Assembly (NCBI GenBank): GCA_963695855.1
Contig: CAVOHZ010000010.1
Coordinates: 1,344,001 to 1,408,000 of the forward strand
Origin: an uncultured Nitrososphaerales archaeon
GTDB lineage: Archaea > Thermoproteota > Nitrososphaeria > Nitrososphaerales > Nitrososphaeraceae
DNA: 64,000 nt
Direction of reading: 5' to 3'
Each line of letters begins with the position of its first letter. Position 1 is the stretch's first letter. The notes under the pieces are model-generated. The model saw only the letters and a program-made list of their open reading frames with translations, made no database searches and had not been told where the DNA came from. Shown piece after piece: positions 55,379 through 64,000 of this stretch. Both the position numbers and the translations under genes were made by a program.

Positions 55379-55703
55379 ATGGATCTGTTTGCTAATATGT
55401 TAATGTTGATTCCAGGAGGTTACGAATGGATATTTATAATATTAATAATAGTAGTAATTATATTCGGTGCTAAGAAAATTCCTGAATTAGCTCGCTCATT
55501 TGGTAAAGCAACAAGTGAATTTGAGAAAGCACGTATACAAGCAAAAAAAGAAATTGATAAACTTCATGATGCAGATAGAGTAACTCTAGAAAAGTTAGAA
55601 TCAATTGCAGATACTTTAAGAATAGACTATAGGAAAAGATGATGAATCCTTAAAGAAGGATATAGATGCAGCAATAAAAAGAGATAAAGAATATGACATC
55701 TAA
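55379..55703 (+). CDS. tatA: TatA/E-family subunit with probable 3' frameshift
   Basis: IIFGAKKIPELARSFGKATSEF; GKDDESLKKDIDAAIKR continues in another frame after 55630. Confidence 0.8.
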
Positions 55704-55739
55704 GTAACGTTTTGATACCTTGTTTAAGTAGAGAACTTT

Positions 55740-56054
55740 AATTATAATTTCAGGAACTACATCAAAATAATGATGTATTAGGTAATAAGAAATCTTTGGA
55801 ATAAGCCAATTCTGTATTTTTCCATAGATGATGAGAATTTTCCTTACAAGGGTGTAAAAGGCAAAGGCTCAGTAACTATAGTAGAAGATCCAAATAGAAC
55901 GGTTTCAGAAGGAGAGAAAATAAGCATGAAATATCTCGGTACACTAGATCATCCAATAGCAAAAATGATAACAGAGCATTCAAAGAAGGGAGAAAATGTA
56001 GTTATTGAAATCAGTCCAAAGTTCTTTTCTACTTGGGATTATGGTAAAGAGTAG
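55740..56054 (+). pseudogene. Pyridoxamine 5'-phosphate oxidase-like fragment
   Basis: FSIDDENFPYKGVKGKG...KYLGTLDHPIA...IEISPKFFSTWDY; paralog of 58532-59008 lacking its 5' end. Confidence 0.8.
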
Positions 56055-56179
56055 CCATGACTTTAAAGTAAGTTTGATATTTTCTTTTTTCTTTACTTCT
56101 TTCACATTGAATACTAATGAATATTTTATAGATTTATTAAACAATAGTTTGAAGAAAAGTTATGGTTATACTACTACTT

Positions 56180-56570
56180 ATTCTTTAGTAGTTTTAAATA
56201 TTTTTTCTAATTCACTATAGAAACTCTTTATTTGCACCAGACTTTGACAGAGATGCTTGCCATTGTTTTGCTACTGTCTTAATAGTTAGATCTACTGTCT
56301 TAATAGTTAGATCTACTGCCTTGTCAATTGTACTTCCCCACTCTCTTTCAATCTGCTTTTTCAATTTCTCTACATGTACTTCTGTAAGTGCAGTAAAGAA
56401 TGATCTTTCTAAAAGTGATTTTGCTTCACCAATAGGGTCATCACTACAGCATGGACTACTATTACTTGTTTTATTAGTAGTCGTTTGACAATATTCATTT
56501 GCAACATTATTATTTCCTGAACTTCTTTGTGTCTCTACACATTCACAATTTGATTCACATTGATTTTATT
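56180..56570 (-). pseudogene. Cys-rich hypothetical gene remnant with an in-frame 21-bp duplication
   Basis: PCCSDDPIGEAKSLLERSFFTALTEVHVEKLKKQIEREWG...VDLTIKT-VDLTIKT; duplication at 56271-56312. Confidence 0.55.
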
Positions 56571-56720
56571 ACTAGATGATGACAACAACACGAGAAACGT
56601 CAATTTATGGTTGATGATACGAATTGCGAATGTTTTGGACGTTCGGCATGAATTCAGAATGCAAATAGAGCAAGAGATCCACAATTTCTGAGATTTGATA
56701 AAGTCAATCCTGCTATTTTT

Positions 56721-57737
56721 TTATTTTCCCGTGGTAAGTACAACTCGAAATCGGGCCCTACCACTCATCATTAGATCATAGGCCTCTGCCGCATGCTCTA
56801 GTGAAAACACTTCAGTCATTGGTCTGACACCAGAATGAACACTAAATGACAGAGTGTCTTGCGAATCAATTGATGTGCCAGAAGGCCAACCTATCAATGA
56901 TCGACGTCCTTGGATAAAAAGAAGAGGAGGCACTTCAATTGGCTCATCAGATGCTCCAATTATAACTAGTTTTCCATTGATTGCTAGACCTCCTAGAATT
57001 TCAGTCATTGCCTTACCGCTTGGGACAGTCGCAAGTATGACTTTGGCTCCTCCCAGATTAATAAGTTCTTGGGCAGCATTCTGCGAGCGGTTATCAATGT
57101 ATTGCCTTGCTCCCAACTTCTTCACCATTTCCTCTTCATCCTTTCCTCGTCCAATGGCAACAGTATTAAAACCCATCTTAGCGGCAAATTGAATTCCAAG
57201 ATGTCCAAGTCCTCCTATTCCAAGAATAGCAACTAAATCACCTACGCGTGCTCCGCTGTTTCTAAGAGCATTATACGTAGTAATACCAGCACACATAAGA
57301 GGTGCAGCTTCTATAGCTGAAAGCTGTTCAGGGATTAATGCTAGAGCTTCAGTAGGTGCAATCATATAGTCGGCATAGCCACCATCATAGGAAATACCAG
57401 GTATTTGCGCGTAGCGACAAGTAACGAAATCGCCGCGCCGACAGGATTCACAGTGTCCGCAATGACCCCCATGCCAGCCAACAGCTACTCTTTGTCCAGG
57501 CTTCCATTCATCGTTAGTACTGTCTTTGCCTACTTCGTCAATAACCCCTGCAATTTCATGGCCAGGAACCCTTGGATATTGGATGTCGGGGAATAAGCCT
57601 TCCTTAGTAAAGGAATCACTATGACATATGCCACAGGCCTGGACTTTGATTCGTACTTGACCCTTATTAGGCTCGGGAATATCTCGTTCTACTATTTCGA
57701 GTGGTCCTTTAGCCTTGGATACTTGTACTGAACGCAT
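56721..57737 (-). CDS. Zinc-dependent alcohol dehydrogenase (AdhP-like)
   Basis: CGICHSD, GHE, CGHCESCRRG..C, LMCAG, GIGGLG. Confidence 0.95.
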   Translation of the reverse strand: MRSVQVSKAKGPLEIVERDIPEPNKGQVRIKVQACGICHSDSFTKEGLFPDIQYPRVPGHEIAGVIDEVGKDSTNDEWKPGQRVAVGWHGGHCGHCESCRRGDFVTCRYAQIPGISYDGGYADYMIAPTEALALIPEQLSAIEAAPLMCAGITTYNALRNSGARVGDLVAILGIGGLGHLGIQFAAKMGFNTVAIGRGKDEEEMVKKLGARQYIDNRSQNAAQELINLGGAKVILATVPSGKAMTEILGGLAINGKLVIIGASDEPIEVPPLLFIQGRRSLIGWPSGTSIDSQDTLSFSVHSGVRPMTEVFSLEHAAEAYDLMMSGRARFRVVLTTGK

Positions 57738-58531
57738 GTTCTTTTTTTATAGTTGTATCTATTTAGTATATCTCTTGTTTTCATGAAAAACCGATTGAAA
57801 AAGTTCTCAAGATTCATGCAGGCAAATCTATCATCAAAGAATTCTTAGCATTTCTTATCTTGCTTTATGATTATTTGTCACTGATGCAGGCTGGAGTTCC
57901 AACTACTATAATTCGCTACCTTGGTACTATCCATGACTTTGCTAAATCCAATTACTGATACTCCTACAGCAAGAGATGCAATAGACCAGGCATCTCATAC
58001 ACTTAAACAAGTATTATCAAAATAGAAATTAGCTATAACTTTTAATTATTAAAATATTTTGCTAATTATTTTCATAAATAAAGTCTTGAAATCCCATTTC
58101 ATCAAAAACCAGTATTATTAACTAATATATCAAACTCATTTATTTACGATAACCTATCAAATCTTGAGGTTGAATTTGTTATCTGATTGGAATTATCTCC
58201 AACGAACTTTATTGATACTACAAAGTGACCACATTATGATATTTTCTTTATAATCAAAAATATTAGTATATACAACCTAAACATATTCTCTTAGTATAAT
58301 TAAATTCAAAATAATCTTGTTAAATTAAAACATCATAGAAATTAATTGTTTCTTTCAATAGTAAAAATTATTAGATATAATGATTTCTTCTAAGATATTA
58401 TACTTTATATTCAAAAACTATCAACCATCAAAACAAATTAGGTTTTTTAAAACCTATTATTGAAACAAAAAAGAAATAGATAGAAAATTTCTTATTTTTA
58501 AATTTGGAAAAGGATAGCTCTATGAATAGTT

Positions 58532-59008
58532 CTATCTAGATACACTATAGTCCCAAGTTGAAAAGTACTTAGGATTAATTTCTATGATTACACTATCACC
58601 GTTTTTTACAAAGGACATTAACTTTTGTGCCATAGGATGTTGTGTACTTCCTAAATATTTTGTCATTATCTTTTCTGCAATTGGGATATTGTGATTTACA
58701 TCATCATGAATTCTAGAGATACCCCTTCCTTTGACGCCTTTGTATGGCGGATTGGGGTCATCTATGCAAAAATAAAGATTCTTATTTTTTCTTAAATTAT
58801 CTGTCTTTTTTGAGAGTTTGGAGGTTTCAACATATATTTTCTTATTTGCTGAATCAAAATAATACCATGTAGGATGAACATTTGGATATCGATTATCATC
58901 TATTGTGCCGAGATGGACGTTGAGTTTGCTAGAGGTCAAAAAATCATTTATTTCTTGCTCTGTTAGCGGTTTTCCAAATTCGGGACTTGCATTAATGATT
59001 TTTGTCAC
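58532..59008 (-). CDS. Pyridoxamine 5'-phosphate oxidase-like (split barrel, FMN/F420-binding) protein
   Basis: LGTID..YPNVHPTWY, KTDNLRKN, YKGV, STWDY. Confidence 0.88.
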   Translation of the reverse strand: MTKIINASPEFGKPLTEQEINDFLTSSKLNVHLGTIDDNRYPNVHPTWYYFDSANKKIYVETSKLSKKTDNLRKNKNLYFCIDDPNPPYKGVKGRGISRIHDDVNHNIPIAEKIMTKYLGSTQHPMAQKLMSFVKNGDSVIIEINPKYFSTWDYSVSR

Positions 59009-59046
59009 GTTTATATCATGGTTATAATATAATATTAATTGTTATA

Positions 59047-60217
59047 AGTCAAGTGTCATCATGAATGTCGTTACACCATCTTCCAAATCTCTTATCCAGA
59101 TATTCTGATATTGCATCTTTTTGTTCTTCTATATTGGTATAGAATCTATTTGCACACACATCTGATTTTATCTTCTGGTTTACTTTTCTCTCATTTGGAT
59201 TAAGGTATGGCGCCCTCTTTGGAAGGTGTATTACATACAGTGAGCCAGTCTTTTTTCTGTCCATTGATATATTTTTTTGTCATCTTGCTTAGGTGAAATG
59301 AAGCGTTATCCCATACCAGTACAATTCTTTTCCAACCATTATTTTTCATTACATGTATCTTGAGATTCTCTAAATGGTTTATAGCATTGGTGGAATTTGA
59401 TCTGTCATAGAAATCATACAACAGATTCTGTTCAGGCCATAGCATGGATATGTACATTGAGAATTTCTTTCTACTACCGTTATGCCTAATTTTTTGTTGT
59501 TCACCTTCAAAACTCATTGACTTTCTTATACATGGCTTCTGTGTTACTATAGTTTCATCTTCAAAGACCAACATCACTTTCTTTTTTTGAGAGCTGATGC
59601 TACTTGTTTGTAGTTCTTTATCTGTTTCTTTCCCTCTTCATAATCAGCTCCATGTTCAAGTTCAAGCTTGGGTCTCTTACATCTGATACCCATGTCCTTC
59701 AGTATCCTTTGAAGGTGTTTGAAACTGATTGGAATGTCAAGTTCTTCTGTAAGACACTTTGCCAGTGACCTCAGACTCCAGGTGTTTCTGATGTAACCAA
59801 AAATATTGGGATTGTTAAAAAGTACAGAAAGTATAGTCTCTCTATCCTCATCTGTTATACGGAATTTTGTACCACCTGGTTTCCTTATCTCCAATCCTTT
59901 TGTTCCTATCTGGAGATATGCCGATATCCATCTTTGAACTGACCTGATACTGACACCATGTTCCTTCCTTTGCTATATCTGCAAAAGTTCTACCGTTGCT
60001 CTTCTGAAGTATTGCCATTAATCTGCGATAATGCTTCTTGTCGGTACTATATTTCATCAACGACTTTAGACTGTTCTTCTGTCCTGTGGTGAGGTTGAGT
60101 TTGGTAGTAGAACCATGGTACATAGAATTATGATATTCAGGATACCTTAAGCTTTACCTATTCAATAATTTAGACCTGTTAGTTAAAAGGATATGACATT
60201 AACCAAGCCACTTGACT
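59047..60217 (-). mobile_element. IS630-family element, transposase frameshifted
   Basis: TIRs agtcaagtg / cacttgact flanked by TA; VFEDET, WDNASFH, APYLNPNE; A7G slippery run at ~59581-59588 plus further frameshifts. Confidence 0.9.
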
Positions 60218-60682
60218 TATTCTTTATTCGACAATAATTTAAGACTTATTTAGACTTGATATATGGTTATCAATAACATCATATACTATTTTAAAAATGT
60301 CTTTTTTTGATGTCAACTCTAAATTAAGAAATAAAGCTTGTTTTAAAAAAGCGAATGTGTTGACAATTATAGAAATAATCTTGAAAAATAATGGAAATCT
60401 TTTTTATGTGGTGGAAATTCTTTAGGAATTTCAAAACAACTGGAAACACGGATACAATATTTCTCGAAGCTAGACTTACTAACTAGAATATTAATAAACA
60501 TATATATGCAAATATTCATATTCAAAGTTCCACTATGACATCATCATCATATTCTAACCAAGCTAAAAAAGGTCAAAAATTTGAATCAATGATTATAAGT
60601 TTCATCATAAATTTATTCTAGATCTAAAGAATTAAACTAACATTTTTAAATTAACAATTTTATAATTAATTCATGTAAAAGA

Positions 60683-62041
60683 TTGAATATAAATAATTAT
60701 TCTTATCCTAGTTATTTGACATTTGGAATTGTTATTCCCTTAATTTTTATTCTTTGTAATTTAGTAAATAATGATTTGAATAATGCCTTTGCGGTTGAGA
60801 AAGAACCACCAATACTCTATGACCAAAACCTACAATTAACCCAACTTACAGATAAACTAGAATTTCCAACTGGTATAGATTTTCTAGGTGAAAATGATAT
60901 TTTAGTAATTGAAAAAAATACAGGCCAGGTTAAAAGAATAATTAATGGCGAAGTTTTGTATCAGCCAGTTTTGGATGTGAATGTTGCTTCAGAAAGCGAG
61001 CGTGGATTATTAGGAATAGCCATTTTAAATACAAACCCAGATACAGCTACTAATGATGAAGCTCAACAGAATTATCCAGATAATGTGATCAAAGTATTCT
61101 TATTTTATACAGAAACTAAGGATATTGATAATGGTGATATCTTAGGAAATAGACTATACAAATATGATTTCATTAATGAAAAATTAGTTAACCCAAAACT
61201 GCTATTAGATTTACCTTTTTTACCAGGACCATCACATAATGGAGGAGTTTTAGAGTTAGGGCCAGACAATATTTTGTACCTTATAGTAGGAGATGTTAAT
61301 CGTGAAGGCAATCCAGCGTACATGACTTTAGCCCAAAATATTGAAGATAGTAAAATACCTGATGGACGTGGCGGAGTACTGCGTCTGACAGTCGATGGGG
61401 ATCCAGTTATAGATGATTTTTCATCATTAGGAGATTCTGGCCTTTTAAATTTCTATTATGGATATGGAATAAGAAACAGTTTTGGTATTGGTCTTGATCC
61501 AGTTACTGGTATTTTGTGGGAGACAGAAAATGGATCTAACTATGGAGATGAAATTAATGTAATTTTCCCAGGGTTCAATGGCGGGTGGAGACAGGTTTTG
61601 GGATTATCTATAGAATATGAAAATTTCAAAAATAAAGCATTTGATAGAAGCAAGTTAATTCTTTTTGATGGAAAAGGAAAATATTATGATCCTGTATTTA
61701 CCTGGGCAGATACTGTCGCTCCAACAGCAATCACATTTATAAATTCAAAAATATTTGGTGAAGAATATAAAAATGATCTCTTGGTAGGTTCAGTAAAACA
61801 AGGACGAATATTTCTTTTTAATTTAAATGAAACTAGAACAGGATTAGATTTACCATCAGAACAATTAGTAGATAAAATGGCAGATGTTGATGAAGAATTA
61901 GAACCAGTTACTTTAGGAAGGAATTTTGGGACAATTACCGATATAGAAATAAATCCATATGATGGGAAAATTTATGTAGTTGATGGTCAGTCAAAAAAGG
62001 GTAAGATTTATCAAATACACCCTAATGAATTAAACCAGTAG
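60683..62041 (+). CDS. PQQ-dependent sugar dehydrogenase (GSDH family), secreted
   Basis: SERGLLGIA, HNGG, YGIRNSFG, WETENG..DEIN. Confidence 0.92.
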   Translation: MNINNYSYPSYLTFGIVIPLIFILCNLVNNDLNNAFAVEKEPPILYDQNLQLTQLTDKLEFPTGIDFLGENDILVIEKNTGQVKRIINGEVLYQPVLDVNVASESERGLLGIAILNTNPDTATNDEAQQNYPDNVIKVFLFYTETKDIDNGDILGNRLYKYDFINEKLVNPKLLLDLPFLPGPSHNGGVLELGPDNILYLIVGDVNREGNPAYMTLAQNIEDSKIPDGRGGVLRLTVDGDPVIDDFSSLGDSGLLNFYYGYGIRNSFGIGLDPVTGILWETENGSNYGDEINVIFPGFNGGWRQVLGLSIEYENFKNKAFDRSKLILFDGKGKYYDPVFTWADTVAPTAITFINSKIFGEEYKNDLLVGSVKQGRIFLFNLNETRTGLDLPSEQLVDKMADVDEELEPVTLGRNFGTITDIEINPYDGKIYVVDGQSKKGKIYQIHPNELNQ

Positions 62042-62100
62042 AAAAAATAAATTAATTTTTTAATATTCTATTATTGACATTCACAACAAAATTGTAGGAA

Positions 62101-63065
62101 ATGGCACAGATCCAACTAATAATTTTTCATATTATCATACCACCATTTCGACAGGATTCTAAATAAGAAAAAGTGAAAGATTTATGTATATTTGAGATTG
62201 GTAAATAATGTTTCTGAAATATAGTCTCTTCCAACAAAAAAAAATAAATTTATTTTATTAAAAAAGTTATTTGAGAAACTCTAGTATCTGTTTTGTCAGG
62301 AAATTTGGTCTTTCCTCTGGTATGAAATGCCCTGTATTTGGTAACGTTATTCCTGTAACATTGTTTGCAACTTTTTGAAATGAAGTTGTAGTCAAGTTAC
62401 CTAAGGCTGCTTCTCCACCTATTGTGAGTATTGGCATATCTAGTTTCTCTTTGGCATATTCTTTGTTCTGTTCTGCATCTTCAAATATCGCTCTATAGTA
62501 TTCAAAACCTGCACGCATTGCACCAGGTTTGGAATATTGTTTAATGTATTCTTCTCTGGCTTCTGATGTTATTGCAGATTGATTGTAAGAGTAATGATCA
62601 TAAAACCAATTAAGATATACATTTTCTTGTCCATCAATCAATTTCTCTGGAAGATCCCTTACTGCATGAAATGAGGGATGCCATAAGCCATTTGGTGAAA
62701 AGTTTGCTGCTTCTTCAATCCCAAATCCAGGTAATAGAGTATCAAGTATAACCATTTTACGTACATCTTGAGGATGCGCAGCAGCATAAGAATATGCAAC
62801 TGGTCCTCCCCAATCATGAGCTACAAGATAGATTTTACTATATCCTAACTTTTTTACTAATTGATAGATATCTTCTGCAACAGTTTTCTTGTCATATCCA
62901 GTTTGTGGTTTTTCTGAATCTCCTAGACCTCTCATATCTGGAGCTATTACTGTATAGTTATTGGCTATTAATTGGGGAATAATGTGTCGCCATTCATACG
63001 AAGTTTCTGGCCATCCATGCAATAAAACAATAGGATCTCCTTTACCACCTATCACATAATGCATA
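62101..63065 (-). repeat. Inverted duplicate of ~3835-4807
   Basis: Hydrolase core, 3' intergenic region and last SDR codons (atggcacagatc) shared at high identity. Confidence 0.9.
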
Positions 63066-63283
63066 AGGATACCATTAACTGTAGTTTTATAATGTGTATA
63101 ATCTATTTTTTTCTCGCTATCATCGATAATGTTTTGTGCAGCAGTAGCCGGAGAAATAAATCCTAAAGAAACTACAGAACAACAACAAATGATGACTGCC
63201 AGAAAACTTAAGGTATAGGTAATATTTCTGTTTTCGACTATAGATTCAAGTTCATATTGATTTTCCATTTTTACATCATCCAT
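62267..63283 (-). CDS. Alpha/beta hydrolase, close paralog of 3571-4650 with a different leader
   Basis: HGWPE, AHDWGG, GHFIPEE. Confidence 0.92.
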   Translation of the reverse strand: MDDVKMENQYELESIVENRNITYTLSFLAVIICCCSVVSLGFISPATAAQNIIDDSEKKIDYTHYKTTVNGILMHYVIGGKGDPIVLLHGWPETSYEWRHIIPQLIANNYTVIAPDMRGLGDSEKPQTGYDKKTVAEDIYQLVKKLGYSKIYLVAHDWGGPVAYSYAAAHPQDVRKMVILDTLLPGFGIEEAANFSPNGLWHPSFHAVRDLPEKLIDGQENVYLNWFYDHYSYNQSAITSEAREEYIKQYSKPGAMRAGFEYYRAIFEDAEQNKEYAKEKLDMPILTIGGEAALGNLTTTSFQKVANNVTGITLPNTGHFIPEERPNFLTKQILEFLK

Positions 63284-63615
63284 CCTTTATTACTACATTC
63301 TATAAAATCTAGACTTTAAGGCGACTGAATTCTCCTATAGTAGTACGAGATCCAGGTGTAATAAGAGATAGATATTGTTCGTAAAGTGATTCACAATTCT
63401 TATCTTTTTCTGCTAAATGTACAAACCTAATTAGATTTTCTTTAGTAGCATTTATTTCAAATTGGGGAGAAACTAATCCCACTTTCATATTTATTATTAT
63501 ATTTTATAATATAAAAACATAATATAATCAACAATAGAAATTTCATATTGTTACGTTATTCTAAATCGTTTACTGAAAATCATGGTTTAGTAATTTACAT
63601 AAAATCATTGGGCTC

Positions 63616-63950
63616 TGACTATATGAAAATCTTTATTGGGTACCAATCCCTTCTGTATTCAGGCTAGGTTCAAAGTTAACATACTCCGTACGAGAGTGAG
63701 GCTCTGACTGGACCAATATCCGAGCGGCTATACTACTACCTCATAAAGAAGGTGAATAGATGTTTGCCGCCTGTTAGCCGACATAAAAAAAAGAAAATAA
63801 AATAAGAATGAAAAAAAGCAAAATGAAGGGAAAGTAACAAGTATAGCATATGCTATTTTAGATAATTTTTAATATGATGAATTATAATAGAATATTACGC
63901 TTAACAGGAACATAAGGATGACCTTATACAGATAGAGATTTTCATAGATG
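63616..63950 (+). mobile_element. Non-autonomous IS1111/IS110-type mini element (RNA-only), copy 2
   Basis: GGCTC-TG-actat-ATGAAAATCT (63623) ... AGATTTTCAT (63936-63945)-aga-TG-TTAAGTTAA. Confidence 0.85.
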
Positions 63951-64000
63951 TTAAGTTAAGGAAAATTTATGAAATAAATTATAAAATTCTTTTAAAATTG

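Noticed and set aside
63950-64000. Empty site of the IS1111 at 10863
   Set aside because: Sequence after 63960 does not match the IS1111 right flank tagctgtgaatg

Overview
AT-rich accessory region. Gene content and codon style point to a soil ammonia-oxidising archaeon of the Nitrososphaeraceae, probably Nitrosocosmicus-like (inference; no marker gene is in the window). No rRNA, complete tRNA or CRISPR array was seen. The window is a mosaic of detoxification, redox and hydrolase genes (an expanded family of leader-bearing alpha/beta hydrolases, SDR, ADH, FAD oxidoreductases, VOC, RidA, MFS, EamA), several GC-rich bacterial-looking genes, many gene fragments, and many IS elements (IS5 x2, IS110/IS1111, IS6, IS481 x2 plus remnants, IS630 x2). 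The main finding is a ~335-bp transposase-less IS1111-type element in two copies (10506-10844 and 63616-63950). It consists of subterminal inverted repeats plus a predicted bridge/seekRNA whose loops match its own insertion site (GGCTC-TG-TTAA) and its own right end. An unoccupied copy of that target is the terminal inverted repeat of an IS6-like MITE at 52601. A second, degenerate IS1111 next to the first copy has the same RNA architecture with different guides. Also notable are a seven-unit GTGTGAC/GTCACA hairpin repeat array interspersed with genes (38.5-41.9 kb) and a dispersed family of tRNA-T-arm-like att sites near tyrosine integrase fragments. All alignments and folds were done by eye.
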